A DNA stretch of 64,000 nt, from contig CM120648.1 in the NCBI GenBank assembly GCA_051362555.1, positions 7,312,587 through 7,376,586 of the forward strand, in the 5' to 3' direction. This document shows, one piece after another, positions 13,130-26,300 of this stretch. A model generated the notes under the pieces. It made no database searches and was not told the DNA's origin. It saw only the letters and a program-made list of their open reading frames with translations. The first letter of the stretch is position 1. The number at the start of each line of letters is the position of its first letter. Origin of the DNA: Lingula anatina. Lineage: Eukaryota; Animalia; Brachiopoda. The translations under genes and the position numbers were made by a program.

Positions 13130-16100
13130 AACAACAATTTAGTAGATATCAAGACGAAAAGAGAATATCATTATCATTAATTACTTTTGCTAATGCCCCT
13201 TGCTTTGAACTCTAGAACCGTTAAGGATTTTTACGTGGCCCTATACCATAAACGCCAGCTGATATTAGATTGCTTGAGTCCATCTTTACCATTATATGAT
13301 GTATTCAACAGAATCAGTTACAACGCTATGCAATGGCTCTTCTTTGAAAATATGGGTGTGATTTTTAGCGTGGTGAAAGGTTTTGAACAAAGTACGCACT
13401 TAAAAAAATGAAATCTGACTTTTCCATTATAACTGATCTGTGTAACGGCGGTGGATTAGATGAGAGTCTAGTGATCGAGAAATGACATTACTGGGGGGGG
13501 GGGGGGGGGGGGTGGGGGGGGGGGGGGCACAAACCACTTTCATATCAACTTGTCGGGAAATATCGCCTTGCACTGGGGGAGGGTGTGTGCGTGTGTGCAC
13601 GTATACGTATGGAAGGAGGTGGGGGGGGGGGAGGGGGGGGGGCAAAGAGAAGAAGGGCAGTACCAACCAGTCCTCACCAAAATGCCACGCTTCTGCCTAG
13701 TATCAAAACCGGTCTCTATTTCTGTTACTGGTATTGTAAATAGCACTTAATTTTACCATCACCTTCTAAGAAGTAACGTATCAATGAAACCCCAAAACCG
13801 CTTTCATTTTTACTAGGTAGAGCCGAGTGCGTGGTTGCACACATTTCTTGAACTTTCAGATCCGGATAAGGATAATTAGATACAATATCTTAAAGAAGAC
13901 AGCGGATGAAAAGACAACACCCAGGAGAGCGGGAAAAGAAACAATCCCAACACTTTTATCAGGGAGGAAGAAAGGAAGGGGGGCGAGGGCTCAAGACTGA
14001 CCAGTCGAAGGCGTTCCCGTTTTCTTTCTAGGAAACCAAAATTGTAAATATATATTTTTGTTTAAAAACTGGTTCTCCTCCCTTTTTTAAGAAAAATGGT
14101 CAATTTAACATTTGACACATGCATTTCTGTCCACCCCATCCTGCATTTTACATTAAGCAGCCACGAAAGCCACATTCTTGCAAAGTTTAACCCTTTGCCG
14201 GTGGAGGAGAAAAGACGTTAAGAAGAGAAAAACAATTGGCAAAAAATTCAGTACTAGTCTTTTATCACCAGGAACTGCACTATGAGCAGGATAAAGCTGA
14301 AAGATATCAGACAGTATCAAGAGATAAACCACCGAAACACAAATTACGGGGATTTTTTATTTATTTATTTATTTATTTATTTATTTTTTTTTGGGGGGGG
14401 GGCATAGATGTGAGCTCCATTTACAAGCAAACGAAAAGATCCATCCTGGAATGCAGATGCATTTCAAGCCAATATTGATGTTCTTGTGAAAAACGTACTA
14501 CTTACTGTGATCGCTGACGGTGCATGCATTGAACCAAGTGAAACTTCAACCACTGGCAGACGGAACTTCCTGCAGTCGCACACTCGCTTCTTCACCATAT
14601 CTTCGGTATTCAAGAAGACTAACTTCATGTTAACCACTGATAAAGAGTGGAAGTATTTACATGCTTGTTATCTAGGTACTCGATTAATAGCGACCCCCTG
14701 AGATTTTTTTGAGAGACGCAGCCTCCTCATTTCAAACGGAATAGGCCCTATAAGGCACCCATGTGGTAATCAAAAGTTGAGGGTTAGTGTACCAGTAATG
14801 ATCATAATGAAGTATAACAACATCTACGGCAAAGTGCAATGTATGAATAGCCATCGGTATGCTTTTGGACCGTTCAAAATGACTTATGTCGCGCTAACAA
14901 GTGGAGACTTTATCCATGGGGAATCTCACAGAATGCAATCAGATTAACTCGCCTCTTTTTGTTTCCAACGCACTAGTAGAACTACCAGCTTCTATGCAAT
15001 CTACTCAAGGTCAGGAGGCGTGTAAGGCTCTCAATCTGATTGCATTCAGCAAAAGTCACCATAGAGTTAGTGCACACTAGCTAGTGCGATCCAACTTATT
15101 CTAAACAGTCCCTTATTGTTATGCCCTTTACTCTTGACGTATTATTAGATACAGTAGATACCGGTCCAGCCTGTCAGACAGTAACATGTACCCGCACTAT
15201 AGGGGGCTTACATCCTTTCACGAGTTCTTCACAAATTCGATTTTTTTTTTTTTTTTGTTGTTGTTCAAGTTGAATACCCATGACAACCGCAGAGGACTGT
15301 TTAGGTTCTCTTACGGAAAATCTTGGCCATTAAGCTGTCGTTTTCTCAAAGTGCACCGGTACAGGCTGTATCAGATGAGAATACCGCACGATGTGAACAA
15401 TACTCCTTGATCTCTTTGGGACAAAAATGTCAGACTGCAGCGATTGTCGAAATTTCAGAATGAAAAATCAAAACATTCAACTCGTTTTCACTACATCGAC
15501 AAATCAGTAATTCGTGAATGCGGCGTCAATGTATTCTTTAGGTTGTATATGTGCGTTTTGTTACACACGTTTTGCCAAATTACAAATAGCTTGCTCATGC
15601 GCATTGAGGCGTGGTTCCGTGCAGTTTTCAACCACCGGTCAAACGAAGGTCACGAAGGGGTCAAATGAAGGTCACCAAGAGGTCATTTGTATGTCTCTAG
15701 TAAGTGGGTTATTGTAATCGTATGGCCACTGAGAAGAGAACAAAACTGTCACCTCTATGATGTTGAGACTACGTACTTTAAACATTAGAAACTGGCTGAA
15801 AACGAACGTGGTTGACACAACACATCAGGTTTTAAGCCCCAGAAATAATGTGCTGTCTGTCCGTAACAGAATTTATAAGCCATGCAGCAAAACAGTATTA
15901 GACACCTTTCCGAAATTTCCACCCAACTAAAAAATATCATTTTTCTATACGGAATACAAATTTGATTTCTAAATGCGCTTCATTTGCATATGCACCTCCT
16001 CCAAAAAAGTTACAATTTACTTCCTACGTGCGATTTAGACGATACAACTTGAATGGACAGTCAGTTAAAAATGCAACATCAAGTCGATGAGTAAAAGTAA

Positions 16101-17458
16101 AAGGGTTACCACATCAATATCCGTTTTTTTCTCTATTTTTTTAAAATAAGGCTCATAATCTTATTCTTAAAAGTTAAATTGTTTTGTTGGCTTACTTGTG
16201 GTCATCTGGAACACAGCCATAAATCCAAAGAAAGCATAAGCTCAAGAGAGTAAACTGTAGACAGAAATTACAACCAGAGGTGATCAAAACACCACATTTT
16301 ATAATTTTCTCAACTTTAATCTGGTTATTTAACCGTTCTCTTACGTCGTATACTTGTTTCCCTATAACAGATTTGACTAAAATTCATAGGTGTCAAAATG
16401 CAAAATAACCAAAACACTTTCCGTTTTAGTGCGAATCTCTGCCATTATTTTCTTGTTCTTCCTCGAAATTTAACATGGTCTAGAGGTGGATTCGCGACCG
16501 GCAGGTGTTGGAAAATACCAGTAAAGTAGCATTTTTTTTTTAAATGAGAAATAGTAACTTGGAGTTTGTAAATGTCATGAACGCCAGTGAATTTTTTCTT
16601 TTCTTTTTTTAAATTTATATACTATCTAAATAACTTTCTTCCCCCCCCCAAAAAAAAAAAAAAAAAAAAATTATAATAAAAAAAAAACAATGAAAAAATT
16701 AAAAAGGAGAAAAAGGAAAATATTATCCTCCAGGAACAAAGTTTACATCCCTCCATGACTAATTTGATTAATGCACTCATTAGCTATATGACTATATCAT
16801 CTAAATTTAAAATTCACATCGCTTGAGAGGTTAGAGAAATATGAAGGGACTACAACTATCTCCAAATCACCCCATTTTCTCCATTTTCAGTTCTCTTTGG
16901 GATAAAAAGATTCAAGCAGGACAAACACCATTCTGGTGAATTTTAAAACCTTTATTATAAAAATATTCTTATTGAGTTATACTTTTACTCTTTATAATGA
17001 GAATTTTACAAACCATTTCCAGTATCAGCAAACTGAAAGTAAAAACAAGGAAAGTATAAATGGTTTAATCTTAACAATACATATTTAGATGTCTTTATTG
17101 CTTTTTTTTTTTCAATCTGCATGTAAAATAATTCAAAATCTACTCATTCAAGGATCAAGGAATGTAACTCAAGTTTTTAGTTAGTAAAATTAAGAATATC
17201 TATTATTGACAAAAACATTATGATTACAGATTTGAAATTAATTTAATAAAATCGAGAACTTACCTTTCATCAACTAAATTCAGCGCCCGTGTGTAGGTTA
17301 TATAGACAAAGAACAGGCCTTGAATTCAAAACACACACACACGCACACAGTTTTGAAGCACTGTCCGATCTTAGGTTTTTTGAAAGACTACCTCTCATAT
17401 TAGATGAAATCTGTCTCTAGCACCACAACAGTTTACATATATATATACATAATTACCA

Positions 17459-17506
<48 letters not shown>

Positions 17507-17573
17507 ATGAAAAAAATAAATAAATAAACAAAATTGACAAATGAATATATTTAAAGCCTGAGGATTCAACTTA

Positions 17574-17612
<39 letters not shown>

Positions 17613-18895
17613 GTACCAATTGATCAAAATGTAGAAAAACAAAATAACTTAAAATGAATCATATAACAGAACAAAACTAGAACTAATACGTAGAATATGA
17701 CTGATAGCAAAAGTGTACGACCAAACCAACACCACCTCAGCATTCGGATAATTAAGAAATATCAGATTGCCTTGGCCTTTAAGTTAAAAGGGGATACAAA
17801 TTTCTGTCCTTCATCAGCAGATCCCTGTACATGTATTCATAGGTAGTGCCGAAATCGTACACGTTGGGCTGGTTAGGAGAAGGGCCAGGCAGCTTGACCT
17901 GGGCCCCTGTTCCGAATGACCGCACGTTGAAATTCCTCTTACTGAAAAGAAAAAGGATTTTTAAAAGTTAACAAATATAACCAGCTAAAAAATAAATAAA
18001 TAAAAATTAAATAAAAATATATAAATTCATAAAAAGAATAAATCAGACTAATAATAATATTTTAACAAATAGTTTACAACTGACAAGCATGATATATTTT
18101 TCAAGTACTAGTAAGCCAATGACTTTTTTTAACACAAACTAACATTTGTGATGCCAAGATAAAGTAAAGACAATCTGTTTCTGTAAATGATCAAATGAGG
18201 GCAAAAATGTTGACATTTAAATAAAAAAAGGAGAAAACTATTGTCACTCAGTAAATTGCCCCTGCTAAATAAAAAGTTCTTCACAATTTTTTACAACGAC
18301 TGGGCACGATCTTTGTTTATTCATTGTTTCAGTTGCGATTCTCATTGCTCAACTGTCGCAATTGAATTTATCACACCGAAAGGGGAGGGGGGTTTCATTC
18401 TTGTTATAAAAACGTCGTAACCAGAAAATATCAAATTTCTGATATTTCTTTTAGATTTCGTTTGAAACATTTGGCTAGTGAATGAAAATGGTACAAACTG
18501 AGTAACGTTCAACAAAGTGGTAGTAACTATTCCCACTTAATTCAAGTTGCAAATTCCTCATAAGTCCAGAATTCAAATAGCTCCATATTGACTCAACTCG
18601 TATTCATTTCAGTGAATCACTGTCACCTTTCCCCATACACAGAAGCAGTGTAAAACAAATAACTGTCAAGATAAAATCCATGTCCTTTTTATGAAAGACT
18701 TCCAACACCTGGTTCGCGTATGTTCCATTGTTCCACGATTCTTGCAAAGACACATATCGAGAACTGAAGGAAAACGCACTATTTTATTTGTGCCTGTTTC
18801 ACCTGGGATCATTTTTACCTGAGAAAACTGTGGGCCTCCATACTTCTGTTTTGATTACTGGAACATACCACTGCGACTTTCAAGTTCTCCGGCAT
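10658..18895 (-). CDS. SSU72: RNA polymerase II CTD phosphatase SSU72, 193 aa (exons 18895-18819, 17941-17798, 11670-11531, 11048-10930, 10759-10658)
   Basis: Spliced translation MPENLKVAVVCSSNQNRSMEAHSFLS KRNFNVRSFGTGAQVKLPGP..YTQNGILHMLDRN..VTCEERVYDQV..VHVINIDIQDNHEEATLGAF..ILHTVCFY*. CX5R catalytic motif (CSSNQNR); exons total 582 nt in frame. Confidence 0.97.
12181..12516. mobile_element. Kolobok-like TTAA MITE, copy 2
   Basis: ttaa|agagataacaact...agttgttatcctt|ttaa; same body as 2213 and 55607. Confidence 0.8.
12767..13028 (+). mobile_element. Non-autonomous Helentron (HINE/DINE-1-like)
   Basis: Subterminal inverted repeats CCTCCGCCAAGG / CCTTGGCGGAGG, (GTCT)n microsatellite, 3' hairpin GCGCTCTcAGAGTGC, end CTAGTT. 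Confidence 0.85.
13959..15330 (-). CDS. Candidate nested small ORF (71 aa) inside SSU72 intron 2 (exons 15330-15315, 14636-14506, 14027-13959)
   Basis: GTAAG donors and YAG acceptors with matching phases: MAKIF-LVNMKLVFLNTEDMVKKRVCDCRKFRLPVVEVSLGSMHAPSAIT-KENGNAFDWSVLSPRPPSFLPP*. No homology recognised. Confidence 0.3.
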
Positions 18896-19252
18896 TTTAC
18901 AATAGTCTGTGAGTCTATGCGCAAAATATTGTCTTTGTAAGAATGCCCAGTACCGTTTGCGTCAATATTAAACTACTTCAACACACAAATAACTTCGATG
19001 ACTACAAATAAATACGATTTAAATTCGCGATTACAGATATTTCTTTGAACACTCAATATGGCGTCAACTTCGGTTAGTCTCGTGCATGCTCGGGATATTC
19101 CGACACCATGAGGTCTAAAATGGCGCCGGTTTGCAGGACTCTGAGTTATCTAGGACAATAAACCTTTACTTTTGATTCAAAATGCCATGAAAATGCAGCA
19201 GACGTCGATGAGTAGGAAGCTTGGGGGTTCAGGAACCTAGAGATTGTAAAAA
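18896..19252. promoter_or_regulatory. Bidirectional promoter region for SSU72/WDR33, with probable WDR33 non-coding exon 1
   Basis: CpG-enriched; YY1-type AAAATGGCG (19117) and AATATGGCG (19055); donor GTATGT at 19253 and acceptor TTTCAG at 20260 ahead of the WDR33 ATG exon. Confidence 0.65.
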
Positions 19253-19567
19253 GTATGTTAAGTTTTCCTTAAACAGGACTGTAATTTGTCCAAAATAAAT
19301 GAACTGCTTTTCTTGAAAAACATTATGGCAGAAATTTTGGATCGTATGTTTGTAGTTTAATTACAGTTTTCGTGAGATCTTTTACTTTTATTAAAAAAAA
19401 ACATTGTATAAACGGAAGAAGTGGTTATACCAGCCTCTTACAAGATGAGATTCTCGTAAAATGCCTGAGGATTTTACCAATTTGGATTGTACGGTTTTGT
19501 GGTTTTCAGAATTTCAGTTTGTCAGAGGATCCTTTTTATTACTATAAAGACCCTTACACTTCTCACA

Positions 19568-19873
19568 TGTAGATCTCCACCCATGTTGTGCAAATGACAG
19601 CAGAGATGTCAAAGGGAGTTGGCACGGTTTTCTTTGGGTAGAGATCTACACTCTTCAGGCTGGGTTCCCATAAGCCTATCATACTAGCAAGATTGATGTA
19701 ACTAATGATTGATGTAACTGATGTCACTAAATTGCATTCAGCTTAAGCATCTTAAATGTCTGTCACACTCACTGAAGCTGCTAGAGGGATAATTAAGTGA
19801 ATGCAATTTATTGAGAATACCCTCGGAGATGGATAGATTCTGCTAGTATGAAAGGGTTATAGGAATGGTCCCC
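19568..19873. mobile_element. Two adjacent foldback MITEs (19568-19650 and PIF/Harbinger-like 19658-19873); relatives at 61795-62019 and 63124-63382
   Basis: tgtagatctccaccca/tgggtagagatctaca; ttcccataagcctatcatactagca/tgctagtatgaaagggttataggaa; shared GGAATGGTCCC terminus. Confidence 0.7.
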
Positions 19874-20334
19874 AAGTTATGTTATACCTGGTTGACAACC
19901 CATCACATCTTTTAACCCCTGAAGCAATTAAAGTGGGCAGAAGATTAGGGGAAATGACTAGAAGTGATCATTTTGTTAATTTGTAGGCCTTTGAGAGTGA
20001 CACTCCACTTCCAAATATACAAATAAATGTGAATTGGTATTTTGTCTGGAGATAGTTTGGGTTACTTATCCTTATTCAGGTTTGAACAAACCAACCCAGA
20101 TACTAACTGAAAGTATTTATTGGATGTAGAAATAAGTCCATCATTTTCTTATACCTTTTCTTCTTTGATTTGGAAGAAAAAAATCCCCAATAAAATAAGC
20201 AACTGTTGACAAATCATGTTGATGCTTAACTTAAGTCTGGTTTATTTATGAATGTTTCAGAGTGATATACTGATTTGGAACTTAAGGAAGACAGTAGTTT
20301 ATCTGACAGTGGCCAGGCTGATTGCAATACAAAG

Positions 20335-23300
20335 ATGGAGGGCGGGGTTGCAATGCAGCATTCTACACCCCAACGCTTTTTCCACATGCCCAGATTCCAG
20401 ATTAATTATCAAAAGGTAAAACTATTTTGTTCTCTTTGCAGTACTAGTTTGCATGTGAATTGTGTCAGAAAATTTTGTTCTTGTTGACAGCTTAGTTGTT
20501 TGACAACAAACAGTCATGGTACAACGATAATGAGTTTCGAAGAAAATATAACTGTAGAAGATTTATAAATAAATATTGAACCATCAGGTGTTTGTCCAGG
20601 TTATTGCATTGTTATTAATCAGTGGTATACCTGGAGCTTTTCCGTGGAATCAGGAAATTCCAAGATATTTAGTTCAGTTCTAATGATGTCCAGCCAATTG
20701 AGTGTTTGGTCCACCGATAAATATCTAAGCTTTTTTTTTTTTTTTTTTTTTTTTTTGAAAAATCATGCCTGTAAACTCTTCATTTTTCAGGGCAATTATG
20801 TTAACAATGCTGGAGCCAACAGGCAGTTTAATGCGCAGGGAGTTATGAATGCTACAACTTTTGATGGCAAGAGACTGAGGAAATCTGTCTACAGGAAAAC
20901 TATAGACTACAACACGTCCATGATACAGATGCTAGAGGTGAGGTGGGAATGGCAATTTAAAAGGCACTAGGGGCTTTTTATTTGTATTTTATTAATTCAT
21001 TTTCTATAATTTATTTTTATTATATGAAATATTGTTTGGGTTTGATTGGCATTTTAATTTGGACATTCCACATTTTAAACATTTGAACCTTGCAATGGTT
21101 ACTTTGAAAAAAAAAAAATAAATAGAATAAAATAAATAAATAAATAAAAAACTTTCCTTACTAGTTTGACATCAGATCTTGTCAAGTGTTTTGAAACAGT
21201 GACTAAAGTTGCAGTTAGTGATATGTTATGGTTTTGTCTTCCTATCAGAACAGAATATGGCAGCGTGATCACAGGGATAGAAGAGCACTGCAGCCCGACT
21301 CACTATATCACTCAGAGGTGAGCTTGTGTTAGCAGTTCCTAAAATTTTATTAAATTTTTGGTCGTAAATTTGACCTACTTATCTGCCCTGTTTATATACA
21401 GTACAGGAAGCAAGCAGAACAATTCATTCAAATATTCTTTTTTTGGGTAATATGAAACAATATCTTTCAGTGTTTCACTAAAGTATGGGAATGCAACAGG
21501 AAAATTTATTTATAAGATAATTGGGTACAGTCATATTTTAATGTATTCTGTATTTGCTTACCACCAGCTTGTACCACCAATGGCTATGCTAGACAACCCA
21601 ATGAATGCCGTCACTACGAAACACGTCAGAACATCCACCAACAAATTCAAGTGCCCTGTGTTTTGTGTCTGCGTAAGTATCTCTCCATGCATTGACATTT
21701 ATTCACAGAATTTATCAACAGCAGTGTAATGTGATCATATTTTCAGTAGACATCAGACTTTGATAGATATTTGACTTTTTGAAGTAAAAGATACATTGTA
21801 GCATGTAGTTATATTTTCACTGAACCTTTGGAACTAGATATATAATTTGACATGTGGATAAAAGATACAATCTTACATTTAGTTATATATATTTTATTTC
21901 AGTGGACACCAGAAGGCAGGAGGTTGGTGACAGGAGCATCCAGTGGGGAGTTCACTCTTTGGAGTGGACTTACTTTCAATTTTGAAACAATTTTACAAGT
22001 AAGAGTCTCTTGAAGGAGCAGGGTAATGCACAATGCATATTTTAATAATATTTATTTGAGTGGCGCCTAAGTATTCTTGATTTATAGAAATGTTGTATTT
22101 CAGAATTCCTTTTGTCTGTAGTTTTTACTTATTAGAATTATAAAGATTTTTTTCACTCCTTTGTATGATTTTTATTTTACTGAACTGTGCTTTGTCAACT
22201 TGCTACCCTTATCCTTTGCATATCTACTGACACATACAGTTGTTTGAATGTATTTATGAATGTAATTTCAAAGCTTCTGCATGTTATATGAATTCATATG
22301 CTTTGTTAAGTGGGTGAGGTCAATGCTTTCTTTCTTGTTGACTTTTTGTTTACTGAAAAAATAAATAAATAAATTGACATATAAATAAGTAAAATAAATG
22401 AAAAAATTGCAGATATATAGATGAACTACAAGCAAAACTTTAAAACATCAACAGCTTGTGACATTAAAGACTTAAAAGCAATTTATTTGTCCCCTATTTC
22501 CAGGCTCATGACTCTTCAGTGCGTGCTATGCAGTGGAGCCACAATGACCAGTGGCTACTGACTGGTGACCACGGGGGATATGTGAAATACTGGCAGTCTA
22601 ATATGAACAATGTGAAAATGTATCAGGCACACAAGGAACCCATAAGAGGGCTAAGGTGGGCAGATAGGGATCACATGATCGTCATGTGGTTGGTCTTGTG
22701 GCTGGTCACATGACTTGGGAAGATTTTTTTTTCTGTTTTTAAGGAGACAAATATTGACTCGGAGATAAACTGATCTAAAGGAGGTATAGCATGGACCTTA
22801 GGGCTCTTAACTTATTTCATAGAATTTCTAAATAGCTTTTTTTTATCTTAGAAAAAAAGATATTGACCAGGGATAACATTTATTCTAAATTAAAGTGACA
22901 TTGAACTTGATTTTATAACGCTGTCGAGGAGATTTCTTATCTTAAAGGCCAGTACTTAGGATAGGTGCAATTCCGTGACGAGTTGAGTGTAGGAACAGAA
23001 TAAATGAAATATATTTTTGATATGTATAATTTTTTTGCCTTTGAAATAAAACTTCCATTTGGTGCTGGGAGAATCTGGTAATAAAGTTCCCAGCACTGTC
23101 TTATTTTTTTATTGAAAAATAAATTATACATTTTTGTTGATTTATCAAGTAAATATCAGATATTTTGTGTCCTTGTTGCAGTAGAAAGGGTTAGCAGGAA
23201 CAAATGGAAGTTGCAACCCCTGCTAATTGGATAAAAAAACAAAAAACAATTATGAATGCAATGCTTGATGTACAAAAATGTCCTTGTGAGCTAATGGAAA

Positions 23301-26300
23301 GCTGTTATCGTTTGTGGATATAGCAACCTCCCACCACCAACACCTAATAAATGAAAGTAAAAAAGTAAATGGCAGATGAACCCAATAAATGAACGTAAGA
23401 AAAGGCAGATGAATAAAGATCAATCTTTGAAAATAAATAAACATGAAGATTCAAAGAAATGAAATAAAGAAATGAATAGAATTAACAGTTTGAAAATCTG
23501 ATTAGGACAGGTTGCTGCACTTAATAGAAATATAAATTCATTGGAAGTTTTCCTCTTGTTTCACCATCATTTATCCAGAAATGACACTTTATGGTTAAAG
23601 TGTTGTTCTCCATATGGAAGAGTCCCAAACAAGATGTGAAGATATTTAAGTGATGCAAACTTCAAATCCAATTTCAAAATGAAACCCTTAAAGAAGTGGT
23701 GATATTTACATTGTTGAGTGATAGTTCTTTTTAACTGAATAAAGAAGGATAAGAAGTGCTATTATAATTTTTAAGTATGTTGGAGATTTTTCACTTTCAT
23801 TCAGGTTTCTTGTGAATATTCAAGCAAAGTAAATAATTGGATGAGGTTTTCTTTGTTTGGCTAGTAAATATATGTCATGTTTTAGCTTTTGTTGATTATT
23901 TTTCAGTCTTGGATTTTGCAAATAAATTTTGAATTCCTCATTTGAGAAAATGAAGCCGTTTTCAGTATGGTATTGAGATACTGTTTTATTAAGAAATAAA
24001 GTTAATGAAGAAAGAACAATGCAGCAACATTTAATGTTATGAACTACATTTACTTTAGTAGTCCTTATACCTTGGAAAGAATAAAAATGTTTATTTTTCA
24101 TATTATTCGGAACATTTTTTGTATCTTTTTTCCACCAGTTTTTGTCCAACTGACTCTAAATACACATCTTGTTCTGATGATGGAACTGTCCGAGTGTGGG
24201 ATTTTCAGCATTGCCATGAAGAAAGAGTTTTAAGAGGTACAGTATTCTAAATTATATTCAGACAAAAGGCTTTACTGGAATTTCCTTTTTTTTTCTTTTT
24301 TTGAGGGGTATATGTTGATAAAAATTCAGCTGAGAGTTGGCTTTGATAAAATGTCATTTTAAACAATGTCAAGTTGATTCTTGTACAAGTGAATATGAAA
24401 TACCAGATGGAACAGGAGTTGTAAGACTTAAGTAGCATTTGTGTAGCACTTTGTGAAGGTTGGTGCTTTTTATGACATGATTATGTAAAAATTGTTGACC
24501 TTTGATAAAATGGGTTATTTTTTATTATTTCCATAATAAAATAATATAATTATGGCCCACATAGCACATTTGTTTGTGGAGAATACAGAAGTTGTAAAAT
24601 ACTGATCAATGAACGAAGAGGAAAGCATCAGGGAACATCTTGCTGTTCAAATCTTGTGTTAAAAAACAAATCATGATAGCAAAATGTGCAAACACTGTCC
24701 CTAGATTGTTATGGGTGCACGCAACAGTAGACTGTTTATTTTTTTATGACCATACAACGTTGATCTTAATCCAGGCTTTAATCTATCACCATCCAGGTGG
24801 TGTGTGTGCTTGCATGTGTGTTTACTTGTGTGTGTGTGTGTACATATGTGTATATGTGTATGCATAAAAGGTAAATGCCATGTTCATAGCAGGTGTAACT
24901 TACACCACTTCACGTCACCAGATTATTAAAATGAGGAAATTTGGGAAGGGGAAAGGAGGAGGGGTGTCATTGAAGGAGTCCTGGTGTGATCAGTAATACT
25001 ATTTCTGATTTAAGTTTAAAGGTGCCCAACATCAACATAAGAATTTCTCGTAAAAAATTCATATTGTAACAAATTATTCTTGGGATAGGTAAACAGTATT
25101 TCTCTGTTAAAAAAGATCAAAATTACTTATCCTTAGATAAATTCAGCAAGAAGTGGTTTATGTAGTAATAAGCAAAAAATGTATGTTGAAAATCTTAGTC
25201 TTTGTCCCTTTAATCTAAACATGCCCTTTGCCAAGAGAGAAAGAGTGTCCCCCCCCCCCCCTTCACCACCCCGACCCCCACCCCCTCTAGTCCAAACAAA
25301 CTTCACCCACTGATGTGTACTATTCGCTGTCCCCTATAGGCCATGGTTCTGATGTCAAATGTGTGGACTGGCACCCACAAAAGGGTCTGATAGCATCTGG
25401 GAGCAAGGACAGCCAGCAGCCCATTAAGCTGTGGGATCCAAGAGCTGGGAACAGTCTGGCAACTATGTAAGTGATGTACTGAGATCTTTGGATTTTGAGA
25501 TTGTGCTGGTGTGGTATGTAATATTGAGTAATGAGCCAGTGGTGCCTTGTAAAAAATTAATTTCATTTTTAGTTACATGTGTTGTCTGTCTGCCCGTCTG
25601 TCTCTTTCAACACATTTGTGGTTTTTCTAGTCTTCTTATTAAGATTGAAGTCTTCCATATTTATCCTGATAATTTGGAGTTCTGTTCATGGTTCCCAACC
25701 TCACCCCACCACAAGCGTGACAAACATTTTTCAGTTTTCAGTCATTTATGTGTGCAAGCATATGTGGAACGTAATACGCTGACTTCCTCGTAATTGTCAG
25801 CAACGTGTTTAAACGCAAATGCTTAAATCTATTATGGGACTTAAAAACTTTGTTAGTAGATTCTTTTTTTGTAACATTAACGGCGTCCACATACTGAGGA
25901 CTGAATCAGATCACCGTGACAAGATTTATTTTTAAGATATGTATATGTTATATTGGGTGGATTGCTAATGATATTGACAAACTTTTCAGTCATGCACATA
26001 AAAGTACTGTGATGGATTTGCACTGGAATCCCAATGGGAACTGGCTGTTGACGGCTTCCAGGGATCACTTGGTTAAATTATTTGACATACGCAGCATGAA
26101 AGAGGAAATGCAGACTTTCAAAGGCCACAAGAAAGAAGCAACAAGTAAGTTTATTCCATTTTTTGAAAAGATAATAGGGAGATTTAAGGCTTCAGACATT
26201 GCGAACCATCTCTTTAAAATAACAGAGGCTTTTTAAAATAATTCTGAATTTTCACCAAAAAATTGCAAACTCCCACTTTAAAAACCAGAGGTCTTTTAAA

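Larger units (their letters stand above)
11671..17797 (-). other. U12-type (minor spliceosome) GT-AG intron 2 of SSU72
   Basis: 5' site GTATCCCCTTTT; branch site TTCCTTAAC at 11691-11683, about 10 nt before the CAG; only a short pyrimidine tract. Confidence 0.88.

Noticed and set aside
16196-16254. Antizyme-like frameshift context (TGT TCC AGA TGA), and an in-frame TGA at ~15348 as selenocysteine
   Set aside because: Not the UCC-UGA site; no antizyme or selenoprotein similarity and no SECIS seen.
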